Shown here: piece by piece, positions 1 through 9,555 of the stretch
Numbering within the stretch: position 1 is the first letter of the stretch
Layout: each line of letters starts with the position of its first letter
Assembly (NCBI GenBank): GCA_016186115.1
Contig: JACPMK010000003.1
Span: 90,470 to 154,469 of the forward strand
DNA: 64,000 nt
DNA from: Candidatus Wildermuthbacteria bacterium
GTDB taxonomy: Bacteria; Patescibacteriota; Minisyncoccia; Minisyncoccales; UBA10102
Direction: 5' to 3'
Made by a program: the position numbers and the translations under genes
The notes under the pieces: generated by a model
What the model saw: the letters and a program-made list of their open reading frames with translations, nothing else
Databases searched by the model: none
What the model was told of the DNA's origin: nothing

Positions 1-726
1 CGCTTTGCGAGTTGCTCTGTTGTGAGAACTCACAAGTAAAAATTTCATTACTTTTGTTCGGAAAGAGCGGAACGATCCGTCGAATTTGCTTTGGCGGTGA
101 TAGTGACGGCTGCGCCGGTTGATTTGCTTATCTTTTAGAACCGTTGCGCCGTAATCAAATAGAGCGTAGTGCCATTCACGTAGGGATATAACATGATTAG
201 AGCGGCCGCTCCAATTGTGTAATAGTGCTTGTTGGGCGATTTTCAAAATTTCTTTGTCGGAAACATCTTTTTTGTTCGGAAAGAAAAAGTGGAGGTACGC
301 GCGGCGGATGTTGGTGTCGAGAAACGCATCTTTGCCGTTGAACGCGAAACACGCGACGGCATGCGCGGTGTAGGGGCCAATGCCTGGCAACCTTTCCAGT
401 TCCGCAGGATCCTTTGGAAATTTGCCCCTATATTTCTCGATGATAATTTGAGCCGCCTGTTTTAAGTATTTTGCTCGTCGCCAGTATCCAAGTCCCGACC
501 ATGTTTTCAGCAATCTCTTATCTGCGGCTGCCGCCAGAGATGTGAGATCGGGAAATGCGCGGAGAAATTCTTTGTATTTTGGCAAAACTCTTGAAACTTG
601 TGTCTGCTGGAGCATCACTTCCGAAACAAGGATTTTATAAGGATCTTGCGTCCGCCGCCACGGCAAATCCCTCCGATTTTTTTTGTACCAATCCAAAATA
701 ATATTTTGAAATTTCCGCACCGTCAT
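1..726 (-). CDS. mutY: A/G-specific adenine glycosylase (MutY-like, HhH-GPD), 3' end outside window
   Basis: Not in ORF track; translated by hand from ATG at 726: WYKKNRRDLPWRRTQDPYKILVSEVMLQQTQV...WSGLGYWRRA...LPGIGPYTAHAVACFAF...DTNIRR; open to position 1. Confidence 0.9.
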   Translation of the reverse strand, partial: MTVRKFQNIILDWYKKNRRDLPWRRTQDPYKILVSEVMLQQTQVSRVLPKYKEFLRAFPDLTSLAAAADKRLLKTWSGLGYWRRAKYLKQAAQIIIEKYRGKFPKDPAELERLPGIGPYTAHAVACFAFNGKDAFLDTNIRRAYLHFFFPNKKDVSDKEILKIAQQALLHNWSGRSNHVISLREWHYALFDYGATVLKDKQINRRSRHYHRQSKFDGSFRSFRTKVMKFLLVSSHNRATRKA

Positions 727-815
727 ATCTCGATTATACAGATTTTCCTTATCTCATAAAATAATGGACAAAAGGGGCTAAAGTAGGTAAAATCAAGCAT
801 TGAAACGCTATTGAT

Positions 816-3251
816 ATGCAAAAGTACAATCCTCAAAAAATTGAGGCAAAGTGGAAACGGATTTGGAAGAAGGCCAAACAATGGAAGGTGGATTTGAAAA
901 GAGCAAAAAAGCCCTACTACAATTTGATGATGTTTCCCTATCCTTCGGCTGAAGGACTGCACGTAGGGAATGTGTATGCCTTTACCGGATCTGATATCTA
1001 TGGGCGATTTCGCCGCATGCAACAGAACGACGTGTTTGAGCCAATGGGGTTTGATTCTTTTGGAATTCATTCGGAAAACTACGCCATAAAAGTTGGGGTT
1101 CATCCCAAGATCCAAACCAACAAAAATATCCAGAATTTCCGAAAACAGCTCAAAGCGCTTGGCGCGCTTTTTGCTTGGGATCACGAAGTTATTACTTCGG
1201 AACCCGAATACTACAAATGGACCCAGTGGTTGTTTTTGCAATTGTATAAAGCCGGTTTAGCATATCGCGCAAAAGCTCCAGTTGACTGGTGCCCTTCCTG
1301 CAAAACTGTTTTGGCTGATGAGCAGGTAATACAGGGAAGATGCGAACGGTGTGACAGCGAAGTCGTACAAAAAGAATTGGAGCAGTGGTTTTTCCGAATT
1401 ACCAAGTATGCTGAAAAGCTCCTGAAAAACCTCGAAACCATAGATTGGTCCGAAAGAACAAAAATTGCCCAAAGGAATTGGATAGGACGATCTGAGGGTG
1501 CTCAGATCGAATTCAAAATTCAAAGTTCAAAACTCAAAATTGAGGTCTTTACTACGAGGCCAGATACTCTGTTCGGAGCTACATATCTCGTGCTTAGTCC
1601 CGAGCACTCGCAAATTCCAAACCTCAAATCACAAATTACAAATTGGAACGAAGTAGAAAATTATATCGCCCAAGCAAAAAAGAAAAGCGAATTAGAGCGC
1701 ACGGAGCTTACGAAAGAAAAAACAGGAGTTGAGCTCAAAGGGATAAAAGCGATAAATCCTGCGAACAACGAGGAAATTCCCGTGTGGATTGCTGACTACG
1801 TGTTGGCCTCTTATGGCACGGGCGCCATTATGGCCGTTCCCGCGCACGACCAGCGAGATTTAGAATTTGCAACAAAATACAATCTTCCCATCAAACAGGT
1901 AGTTTGCGGCAATTATCCAGAACCTGTATGCCCCATATTAGCGGAGGCGTATCTTGGGCCGGGCCATCTCGTGGGTTCTGATAAGTTTGATGGTATGGAG
2001 TTTGAAAAAGCGAAATGGGAAATTACCAAGTTTGTCGGAGGCAAAAAAACAATAAATTACCATCTTCGCGACTGGCTGATTTCGCGCCAGCGATACTGGG
2101 GACCACCCATACCTATTATATATTGTGATAAGTGTGGAACTGTACCGGTGCCAGAAAAAGATTTACCGGTGTTGCTTCCGAATGTAAAAGAGTTTCGCCC
2201 GACTGGTACCGGAAAATCGCCATTGGCTTCGGTTCCGAGTTTTGTGAATACAAAATGTCCACAGTGCAAGGGGCCGGCTGAACGGGAAACTGATGTTTCA
2301 GATACGTTTCTCGATTCTTCTTGGTATTTCTTTGGGTATCTTTTGAAGTTTGGAAATTGGAAATTAGGATTTGGGAATTCAGCATTTTCTCAACTGTTGA
2401 AAAAATGGTGTCCTGTGGATATGTATATTGGCGGGCAAGAGCATGCGGTTTTGCATTTACTCTACACGCGATTTATTACAATGGCCCTTAAGGACATGGG
2501 CTTTATTGATTTCAAGGAGCCGTTCAAAAAGTTCCGGGCGCATGGATTGCTTACAAAAGACGGCGCAAAGATGTCGAAGTCCAAAGGAAATGTGGTGAAT
2601 CCAGATGAATATTTTGCAAAATACGGAGCTGATACGGTACGAATGTATTTAATGTTTTTGGGGCCATTTAGCGAGGGAGGAGATTGGAGTGACAAGGGGA
2701 TTGTGGGGATTTATCGTTTTCTGAACAGGATCTGGAATTTTCAATTTCCAATTTCCAATTTTCAATCAAATTCTAATGTTCCAAATTCTAAACTTGAGAG
2801 TCTACGACACAAAACGATTAAGAAAGTTACGGAAGATCTTGAGAATCTGCGATACAACACCGCGATCGCAGCGTTGATGGAATACTTTAATGAAATTTCT
2901 AATTTTCAATTTATAATTTCTAAACAATACATTGAAACACTTCTTGTCTTGCTTGCGCCGTTTGCGCCCCATATTGCCGAAGAGCTCTGGAGCCAACTAC
3001 GCGCTAAGGGCAGCGTTCACAACCAACCTTGGCCGTCGTATAGCCCCAAGCTGATCAAAGAAGAAAAAATACGTCTTGTTCTGCAAGTGAATGGAAGGGT
3101 GCGCGATGTGATCGAAGTGCCAGCCCAGATTTCGGAAGGCGAGGCAAAAGAGCTTGCTCTTCGGCAAAAATCGATCCAGAAATGGATCGAAGGCAAACAA
3201 ATCCAGCGAGTAATTTTTATTCCTCAAAAGCTTCTCAATATCGTGGCGTAG
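816..3251 (+). CDS. leuS: Leucine--tRNA ligase
   Basis: MFPYPSAEGLHVGN (HIGH-like), FTTRPDTLFG, GTGAIMAVPAHDQRD editing motif, DWLISRQRYWG, KMSKS. Confidence 0.98.
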   Translation: MQKYNPQKIEAKWKRIWKKAKQWKVDLKRAKKPYYNLMMFPYPSAEGLHVGNVYAFTGSDIYGRFRRMQQNDVFEPMGFDSFGIHSENYAIKVGVHPKIQTNKNIQNFRKQLKALGALFAWDHEVITSEPEYYKWTQWLFLQLYKAGLAYRAKAPVDWCPSCKTVLADEQVIQGRCERCDSEVVQKELEQWFFRITKYAEKLLKNLETIDWSERTKIAQRNWIGRSEGAQIEFKIQSSKLKIEVFTTRPDTLFGATYLVLSPEHSQIPNLKSQITNWNEVENYIAQAKKKSELERTELTKEKTGVELKGIKAINPANNEEIPVWIADYVLASYGTGAIMAVPAHDQRDLEFATKYNLPIKQVVCGNYPEPVCPILAEAYLGPGHLVGSDKFDGMEFEKAKWEITKFVGGKKTINYHLRDWLISRQRYWGPPIPIIYCDKCGTVPVPEKDLPVLLPNVKEFRPTGTGKSPLASVPSFVNTKCPQCKGPAERETDVSDTFLDSSWYFFGYLLKFGNWKLGFGNSAFSQLLKKWCPVDMYIGGQEHAVLHLLYTRFITMALKDMGFIDFKEPFKKFRAHGLLTKDGAKMSKSKGNVVNPDEYFAKYGADTVRMYLMFLGPFSEGGDWSDKGIVGIYRFLNRIWNFQFPISNFQSNSNVPNSKLESLRHKTIKKVTEDLENLRYNTAIAALMEYFNEISNFQFIISKQYIETLLVLLAPFAPHIAEELWSQLRAKGSVHNQPWPSYSPKLIKEEKIRLVLQVNGRVRDVIEVPAQISEGEAKELALRQKSIQKWIEGKQIQRVIFIPQKLLNIVA
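1511..1538 (+). repeat. 7-bp-period degenerate tandem repeat inside leuS
   Basis: ATTCAAA ATTCAAA GTTCAAA ACTCAAA, encodes FKIQSSKLK. Confidence 0.85.
1611..1645 (+). repeat. 7-bp-period degenerate tandem repeat inside leuS
   Basis: CAAATTC CAAACCT CAAATCA CAAATTA CAAATTG, encodes QIPNLKSQITNW. Confidence 0.85.
2342..2376 (-). repeat. 7-bp-period repeat inside leuS, inverted relative to the other leuS tracts
   Basis: + strand TTTGAAG TTTGGAA ATTGGAA ATTAGGA TTTGGGA, encodes LKFGNWKLGFGN. Confidence 0.8.
2736..2793 (+). repeat. 7-bp-period repeat inside leuS
   Basis: AATTTTC AATTTCC AATTTCC AATTTTC then AATCAAATTCTAATGTTCCAAATTCTAAAC, encodes NFQFPISNFQSNSNVPNSK. Confidence 0.88.
2894..2928 (+). 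repeat. 7-bp-period repeat inside leuS
   Basis: AATTTCT AATTTTC AATTTAT AATTTCT AAACAAT, encodes ISNFQFIISKQ. Confidence 0.85.
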
Positions 3252-3253
3252 GG

Positions 3254-3282
3254 TTGTTTTTTCGCTTAAATTGTGGTAGAGT
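3254..3282 (+). promoter_or_regulatory. Sigma70-type promoter upstream of candidate 6S RNA
   Basis: TTGTTT-17 nt-TAGAGT with extended TG; predicts a start near 3289, the 5' end of the closing stem. Confidence 0.5.
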
Positions 3283-3288
3283 GAGGGC

Positions 3289-3463
3289 AGAAAAAGATTG
3301 CGCACGAACCCCGTTGAGCCGTGCTTTTTTGCTTAATCGCTCGAGTAAGTGATTTTTCTTTGCCCCGCCCCGTCATTCGGCTGGGGCGGGGCACATTTCG
3401 CCTCGCCCTTACGGGCTGGCTCAACGTGGGCACCTACGCGTCTGCAGAAAAACCACTTTTTCT
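3289..3463 (+). ncRNA. Candidate 6S RNA (rod-like hairpin with central bubble)
   Basis: About 175 nt. AGAAAAAG/CTTTTTCT closing stem; CGTTGAGCC(3312-3320)/GGCTCAACG(3418-3426); U-rich 5' bubble; GCCC-TTAC-GGGC 3' bubble hairpin; apical TGCCCCGCCCC/GGGGCGGGGCA. Confidence 0.6.
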
Positions 3464-3486
3464 CTCTCTGTCTATATACTAAATGC

Positions 3487-3522
3487 CCTGCCCGCAATGC
3501 TACGCATAGCGTTGTAGGCGGG
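3487..3522. repeat. REP-like GC-rich palindrome before glmS
   Basis: CCTGCCCGCAATGCTA-CGCA-TAGCGTTGTAGGCGGG imperfect inverted repeat. Confidence 0.6.
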
Positions 3523-3537
3523 TAAATACTAATTACC

Positions 3538-5370
3538 ATGTGCGGAATTGTTGGCTATATTGGCAAGCAAAAAGATATACGGATTGGCCTTGAGGCATTG
3601 CGGCGTCTGGAATACAGAGGATATGATTCTGCCGGGATGGCCGTGTACAATGCCGATGCGAAAACAATTCACTCTTTAAAAGCCGTGGGGAGGGTTGTAA
3701 ATTTGGAGCAAAGATTGAAAGAAGTTTCTTTCGAAGGAAGCCCATTTCTTTTTTATACAAGGTGGGCAACGCATGGCGGCGTCACCGAAGAAAATTGTCA
3801 TCCGCATTCCGATTGCAAAAATTCTGTCTGGGTAGTGCATAACGGCATTATCGAGAATTACCGTGAACTCAAAGAAAAATTGCAGCAGGAAGGTCATGCT
3901 TTTCATTCAGAAACAGATACGGAAGTAATTCCCCATTTGATAGAGCGTTTTTTCGAAGGCAATCTGGAGGAGGCAGTGCGCAAAATGCTTGGGTTGATCA
4001 GAGGGTCATTTGCTTTGGGTATTATTTCCAAGGATGATCCAGAAAAGCTTGTAGTCGTGCGCAATTCGGCACCTTTGCTCATCGGCGTTGGCGAAAATGA
4101 ATATCTGGTCGCATCAGATCCTTCTGCAATTGTGAGCCAGACAAAAAAAGTGATGTATCTGGAAGATGGCGAGATGGCATCTCTTACTCCTGAACGATGT
4201 TTGATTGAGGATATCAATCATCATGCGGTTCGCAAAGCAATTCATGAGATTGATTGGAGCGTAGAAGATGCGCAGAAAGGCGGCTATTCCCATTTTATGC
4301 TCAAGGAAATTATGGAGCAGCCAGAAAGTATTACCAATGCCTTGCGGGGAAGGGTATTGCCAGACACGGGCGAGGCGCGATTCGGTGGGCTAAGCGTAGT
4401 GCGGGAAAGATTGCGCTCAATCAAACGTATCAGCATAACTGCTTGCGGAACCGCATATTATGCCGGCTTGGTGGGAAGGTACATGCTTGAGGAATATACG
4501 GGCTTGCCTTGCGAGGCGGATGTTGCTTCTGAATTTCGCTATCGCAGACCGATCGTGAAAGACGACACCGCATTTCTTTTTATTTCCCAGTCAGGAGAAA
4601 CAGCGGATACCTTGGCCGCATTGCGCGAGGTAAAGAAAAAGGGAGGGCTTACCCTTGGGATTATCAATGTGACCGGGTCGTCGGTGGCAAGAGAGACCGA
4701 TGCAGGGATATACAATCATGCCGGGCCTGAAATCGGGGTTGCTTCGACCAAAGCATTTACCTCGCAGCTCACGATTTTGGCGTTGCTCACTTTGCTTCTA
4801 GGGAGGCAGCGGGAAATGTCGCTGGCGGACGGGCAAGTCGTTACAAGGGAGCTTCAAAGAATTCCCGATTTGGTTAAGCAAATTTTAGAGCAGAGAGAAA
4901 AGATAAAAGAAATTGCAGAGAAATACAAACATGCAGAAAACTTTTTATTCATTGGCAGAAAATATAACTATCCGGTTGCCTTGGAGGGGGCTCTCAAATT
5001 GAAAGAAATCTCGTATATTCATGCCGAGGGATACGGCGCGGGCGAAATGAAGCATGGCCCCATCGCGCTGATCGATGAGCAGTTTCCTACGATTGCTCTT
5101 TGCCCGCAAGACAGCGTGTACGAAAAAATGGTTTCCAATATCCAAGAGATCAAAGCGAGAAAGGGACCAGTGATCGCGATCACGAACGAAGGGAATGGCG
5201 GAATGAAAGAAATTGCAGACGACGTAATTTTTGTTCCAAGAACAATTGAGATGCTCAATCCTATCCTTATGGTTATTCCGTTGCAGCTGTTCGCCTATTT
5301 CATTGGAGTCGCGCGAGGATATGATGTGGACAAGCCCCGCAATTTAGCAAAGAGCGTTACAGTTGAATAG
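3538..5370 (+). CDS. glmS: Glutamine--fructose-6-phosphate aminotransferase
   Basis: MCGIVG N-terminus, RGYDSAG, TRWATHG, SQSGETADT, C-terminal DKPRNLAKSVTVE. Confidence 0.98.
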   Translation: MCGIVGYIGKQKDIRIGLEALRRLEYRGYDSAGMAVYNADAKTIHSLKAVGRVVNLEQRLKEVSFEGSPFLFYTRWATHGGVTEENCHPHSDCKNSVWVVHNGIIENYRELKEKLQQEGHAFHSETDTEVIPHLIERFFEGNLEEAVRKMLGLIRGSFALGIISKDDPEKLVVVRNSAPLLIGVGENEYLVASDPSAIVSQTKKVMYLEDGEMASLTPERCLIEDINHHAVRKAIHEIDWSVEDAQKGGYSHFMLKEIMEQPESITNALRGRVLPDTGEARFGGLSVVRERLRSIKRISITACGTAYYAGLVGRYMLEEYTGLPCEADVASEFRYRRPIVKDDTAFLFISQSGETADTLAALREVKKKGGLTLGIINVTGSSVARETDAGIYNHAGPEIGVASTKAFTSQLTILALLTLLLGRQREMSLADGQVVTRELQRIPDLVKQILEQREKIKEIAEKYKHAENFLFIGRKYNYPVALEGALKLKEISYIHAEGYGAGEMKHGPIALIDEQFPTIALCPQDSVYEKMVSNIQEIKARKGPVIAITNEGNGGMKEIADDVIFVPRTIEMLNPILMVIPLQLFAYFIGVARGYDVDKPRNLAKSVTVE

Positions 5371-5377
5371 AAACACC

Positions 5378-6442
5378 ATGAAACTTTTTGAATACGAAGG
5401 GAAAAAACTTTTCGAAAAATACGGCATTCCCGTGCCAAAGGGTGTGCTTTTGACGATGGAGTCAACCAGACCATTGCTTGCCCCTCCGCTTGCGCTGAAG
5501 GCGCAGGTTCTTGCGGGAGAGCGAAAGGCAAGGGGAGGAGTTCTCTTTGTGGAAGATATGCAGGATTTTGAAAAAGCAAAAAGAAAACTTTTTGAAACAA
5601 CTATTGATGGCGAGACCCCTTCATATATTTTAGCCGAAGAAAGAATTCAAGCAGTTCAGGAATTATATGTAAGCTTTAGTTACGATACCGAAAGCAGAGG
5701 ACCCATTCTTGCAATTTCTGCAAAAGGAGGAACTGGCATTGCCGAGGCACAAATTATTCCTATTGATATTGCTTTGGGGTTGCCCGATTTTCTTATTCGC
5801 AACGCCTTGCTGCAAGCCCAGCTCCCATTGAATTCTTCATTGATCGCACTTATCAAATCGCTTTGGAGATTATTTATAGAGGAGAAAGCGATTCTTGCCG
5901 AAATCAACCCTCTTTTTGTGGTGAAAGAAGGAGTATATGTTGCGGGCGATGCAAAAATTATCCTTGATGACAATGTGATGAATCCTTTGTTCCGTCCCTT
6001 TCTCGATCTTGATGGCGACATTGCGGTGCTGGCATCGGGCGGAGGGGCCTCGCTCATAAATTTAGATGCTCTGCTTTATTTCGGCGGCAAACCTGCAAAT
6101 TATGTGGAGTATTCTGGCAATCCTCCGGCATCGGTGGTTGAAGAGTTGACGGTGCGGGTGTTCTCAAAACCCGGATTGAAGGGCTGCTGGGTGGTTGGGG
6201 GGACAGCGAACTTCACGGATATTTATGAGACCATGCTTGGGTTTGTGCAGGGTTTGCGCAAAATCCAGCCCAAGCCAACTTTTCCCATTGTGATTCGCAG
6301 AGATGGCCCGCGCCAAAAAGAGGGCTTTGAAATGCTACGAGAAGTTGCAAAAAATGAAGGATACAATTTCCATTTGTATGGGCCAGAGCTTCCTATGTCA
6401 GAGACAGCCCGCATTATGGTTGAATTAGCTTATAAAAAATGA
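5378..6442 (+). CDS. ATP citrate lyase / citryl-CoA synthetase large subunit (ATP-grasp + citrate-binding domain)
   Basis: KLFEYEGK, EINPL, DAK ATP-grasp motifs; ASGGGASL, ANYVEYSGNP, GGTANFTDIYETMLG match the ACL citrate-binding domain rather than SucC. Confidence 0.85.
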   Translation: MKLFEYEGKKLFEKYGIPVPKGVLLTMESTRPLLAPPLALKAQVLAGERKARGGVLFVEDMQDFEKAKRKLFETTIDGETPSYILAEERIQAVQELYVSFSYDTESRGPILAISAKGGTGIAEAQIIPIDIALGLPDFLIRNALLQAQLPLNSSLIALIKSLWRLFIEEKAILAEINPLFVVKEGVYVAGDAKIILDDNVMNPLFRPFLDLDGDIAVLASGGGASLINLDALLYFGGKPANYVEYSGNPPASVVEELTVRVFSKPGLKGCWVVGGTANFTDIYETMLGFVQGLRKIQPKPTFPIVIRRDGPRQKEGFEMLREVAKNEGYNFHLYGPELPMSETARIMVELAYKK

Positions 6443-7341
6443 GCATTCTTGTTGATAAAAATACAATAGTTCTTGTGCAGGGAATTACGGGGAGAGAGGG
6501 CTCGCGTGCGGCGCGCGAGATGATTTCTTATGGAACAAAAGTTGCTGCTGGCGTGACTCCAGGCAAGGGCGGAACAAAAACCGAAGAAGGAATCCCAGTT
6601 TTCAATAGCGTGAAAGAAGCAAAAGGAGCATTCCCCGAAATCAACACTTCTTTGATTGCGGTGCCTCCGGCATTTGTGCTTGATGCGACTCTGGAGGCAA
6701 TGGCAAATCGTATACGGCTCATTGATATTCTTACCGAAAAAGTGCCTGTTGCAGAAGTGGCTCGCATGATTCGTTTTGCAGAGTATTATCAGGCAAAAAT
6801 TGTTGGGCCGAGTTCGGTTGGCATTCTTTCGCCCGGCAAAGGAAAGGTAGGCAGCATTGGCAGTTCTGAATTGGTGTATCGTATTTTTGCCCCCGGCCCA
6901 GTGGGCGTCATTTCCAAAAGCGGAGGAATGACTGCCGAACTTTCGAGAATTCTTACCGAGCAAGGTCTGGGCCAGAGCACCATTATTGGGATCGGCGGAG
7001 ATTTGTTGATCGGTTCTGATTTTGTTGATCTTGCCCTTGAATTTGAAAAGGACGCAGAAACAAAGGCAATCGCGATCTTTGGTGAGATCGGCGGCACCTA
7101 TGAGGAGCAGCTAGCAGAAGCAATAAGCGCAGGAAAAATTACCAAGCCCGTTGTCGCGCTCATTGCGGGGCGTTTCGCAGAACAGCTTCCGCAAGATACA
7201 GTATTGGGCCATGCGGGAGCAATCGTGAGCAAAGGAAGAGGATCGGCACGATCGAAGATCGAAGCGCTCACCAAGGCAGGCGCTCTTGTTGCCAACACCC
7301 CGGAAGAAATCCCATCGCTTATAAAAAAGGTCCTTACCTAA
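6439..7341 (+). CDS. CoA-binding/phospho-His subunit (SucD/AclA N-terminal-like)
   Basis: VQGITGREG, GVTPGKGG, SKSGG, GIGGD, GEIGG, LGHAGA phospho-His loop. Confidence 0.88.
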   Translation: MSILVDKNTIVLVQGITGREGSRAAREMISYGTKVAAGVTPGKGGTKTEEGIPVFNSVKEAKGAFPEINTSLIAVPPAFVLDATLEAMANRIRLIDILTEKVPVAEVARMIRFAEYYQAKIVGPSSVGILSPGKGKVGSIGSSELVYRIFAPGPVGVISKSGGMTAELSRILTEQGLGQSTIIGIGGDLLIGSDFVDLALEFEKDAETKAIAIFGEIGGTYEEQLAEAISAGKITKPVVALIAGRFAEQLPQDTVLGHAGAIVSKGRGSARSKIEALTKAGALVANTPEEIPSLIKKVLT

Positions 7342-7396
7342 GGGTCCTCTCAAACATGTTCCTTCGACGACGTTTCGTATTGTAAATTACAAGAAT

Positions 7397-8122
7397 ATGA
7401 AGTTTCACACAAGTATTAGTAAAACAGAAAATGGGGTTCATGTGATCCGTGGCCATGATCTCATTGAGCTCATGGAAAAGCACTCATTTGTGGAGGTGAT
7501 TTTTTTGCTCTTGCGAGGCAGTTTGCCAGAAGAGCGTGAACGAGAATTGATGGAAACAATGTTGGTAGCTCCGGTAGAAAACGGACTGGAAGCGCCTTCT
7601 ATTTTTATTCCTCGCATCGTGGCTTCTACGGGAAATAATTTTCATACCGCATTGGCTGCAGGAGTATTGGCAATTGGCGAGCGGCACGGCGGCGCAGGAG
7701 AAGCAGCGGCGCAATTGTTTTCCTCAGGAAAAAGTGCAGTTGAAATTGTAGATGAATATATACGCAATAAAAAGATTCTTCCGGGTTTTGGCCACAAGAT
7801 TTATAAAGAAGAAGACCCGAGGGCAACTGCAATATATAAGAGAGCAAAAGAACTCGGATTCTCTTGTCGATATTTTGAACTTGCCTATGCCATAGAGCAG
7901 GAGTTTGCCAAGCAAAAGGGCAAAAAAATTCCTCTCAATATCGATGGCGCGTTGGCGGCAGGATTGCTTGAGCTTGGGTTTGACGCACGGCTCGGGAAAG
8001 CATTCTTTTTGATTTCACGGATCATTGGCATGTCCGCACATATCTTGGAGGAGCTTAATCAGAATAATCCCTATTATCGTCTTGAAGAGAGCGAAGTTAC
8101 TCCTGACGAAAATGCATCATGA
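7397..8122 (+). CDS. Citryl-CoA lyase (citrate-synthase fold)
   Basis: IRGHDLIELM, IGERHGGA, PGFGHKIYKEEDPR, LNIDGA; 241 aa. Confidence 0.85.
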   Translation: MKFHTSISKTENGVHVIRGHDLIELMEKHSFVEVIFLLLRGSLPEERERELMETMLVAPVENGLEAPSIFIPRIVASTGNNFHTALAAGVLAIGERHGGAGEAAAQLFSSGKSAVEIVDEYIRNKKILPGFGHKIYKEEDPRATAIYKRAKELGFSCRYFELAYAIEQEFAKQKGKKIPLNIDGALAAGLLELGFDARLGKAFFLISRIIGMSAHILEELNQNNPYYRLEESEVTPDENAS

Positions 8123-8607
8123 GGTTTAAGAAAATCAAAATACGAAATGCCAAGCCCCGCGATATAAAGAAAATCATCGAGCTCGAAAAGATTCTCGCAA
8201 ACTATCATCATCGGCTCGACCCTCTTTATTATAGATCGGGAACACAGCTCTCGCTTGTAGAAATTGAGAGATATTTACGCAGACAGCTAAAGAAAAACAA
8301 TGTCGTGATGCTTGTCGCGAAAAAAGACAATGAAGTGATCGGTTATTTCGAGGGGCAAATCAATAAACGAGACCCCTTGTTGATTCCTCAAAGGACTGGG
8401 TATCTGTCGAGCGCGGTGATCAAACATCGCTATCGAAAGCTGGGTTTGGGCCGGATGATGTTTGAGAGAATGGAAGAATGGATGAAAAGACGCAAGATAG
8501 AATACCTCGAATTGACGGTTAATTCGAACAATAAGAAAGGCATACGGACGTGGAAAAATTTGAGATTTAGAGAATTTATGAAGGGAATGCGAAAACCAAT
8601 GCTATGA
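8119..8607 (+). CDS. GNAT family N-acetyltransferase
   Basis: YRKLGLGRMM acetyl-CoA motif A, LTVNSNN..W motif B. Confidence 0.85.
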   Translation: MRFKKIKIRNAKPRDIKKIIELEKILANYHHRLDPLYYRSGTQLSLVEIERYLRRQLKKNNVVMLVAKKDNEVIGYFEGQINKRDPLLIPQRTGYLSSAVIKHRYRKLGLGRMMFERMEEWMKRRKIEYLELTVNSNNKKGIRTWKNLRFREFMKGMRKPML

Positions 8608-9551
8608 GACAAAAAAATGTGGTGGTTATTGGCGGAGGAACAGGAACGTACACGGTATTGAGCGGATTAAAATATTTTCCCGTGCATCTTTCCGCGATTG
8701 TTTCCATGGCTGATGACGGGGGTTCAACCAAGCTTTTGCGCGAGGAGTTTGGAATATTGCCCCCGGGTTCGGTACGCCCTGCTATGATCGCGCTTTCTCA
8801 CACGGAAAAAGCATTAGCCGATTTGTTCAGTTTTCGTTTTTCCGAAGGCAGCTTGAAGGGGCATAATGTCGGTAATTTATTGATTACTGCCCTCACACGG
8901 CATTTAGGAAGTTTTGAAAAAGCGATTGAAGAGGCAGGGAAGATTCTTCACATCAAAGGAGAAGTAATTCCTTCCACGCTCCAGCCCTGCTGGCTTTTTG
9001 CACAACTTGAAAATGGCCGAATTGTAAAGGGCGAGACCAATATCGATATTCCCAAGCACAATGGCGAGCTGAAGATAGCCGATGTTTGGCTGGATCCTCC
9101 ATGCAAGGCCAACCCAAAAGCCCTCGAAGCAATTCACAGAGCAGACCTTATTGTGATAGGCCCCGGAGATCTTTTCTCAAGCATTCTTCCTAATTTTTTG
9201 GTGAAGGGAATTGCAGAGAAAATAAAAAAATCCAAAGCAAAAAAGACCTATGTATGTAATGTGATGACAAAGTTTGGGGAGACAACTGGATATAGCGCAT
9301 CTGACTTTATCACTATGATCGAGCGGTTTATCGGAAAAAATACCTTACGTTATGTGCTTTTAAACAAGGGGAGGCCTTCCCGGGAGCGAATCCAGAAATA
9401 TGAAAAAGAAAAATCTGAAATCGTTTCTCTTTCTCCCCAGCAATTAAAAGGAGCGCATTATGCCGTTATTGAGGGGAATTTTTTACGCTCTCGCGGATTG
9501 ATCCGTCATGATCCAATGAAATTAGCAAGTGCGCTTTTTTCTTTACTATAA
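8604..9551 (+). CDS. yvcK: YvcK/GlmR (UPF0052, CofD-like) protein
   Basis: VVIGGGTG, ADDGGST, GHNVGNL, IGPGDLFSSILPN, IRHDP. Confidence 0.92.
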   Translation: MRQKNVVVIGGGTGTYTVLSGLKYFPVHLSAIVSMADDGGSTKLLREEFGILPPGSVRPAMIALSHTEKALADLFSFRFSEGSLKGHNVGNLLITALTRHLGSFEKAIEEAGKILHIKGEVIPSTLQPCWLFAQLENGRIVKGETNIDIPKHNGELKIADVWLDPPCKANPKALEAIHRADLIVIGPGDLFSSILPNFLVKGIAEKIKKSKAKKTYVCNVMTKFGETTGYSASDFITMIERFIGKNTLRYVLLNKGRPSRERIQKYEKEKSEIVSLSPQQLKGAHYAVIEGNFLRSRGLIRHDPMKLASALFSLL

Positions 9552-9555
9552 TTCT

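Noticed and set aside
280..310. Apparent frameshift in mutY
   Set aside because: Careful reading gives the in-frame DTNIRRAYLHFFF; the ORF is open to the window edge
3252..3537. glmS ribozyme upstream of glmS
   Set aside because: The conserved AGCGCC...GACGAGG core is not present; the region folds as a single long rod instead
5378..7341. Succinyl-CoA synthetase sucCD
   Set aside because: The beta subunit has ACL-type motifs, not SucC NGAGL/ANFLDVGG, and a citryl-CoA lyase follows
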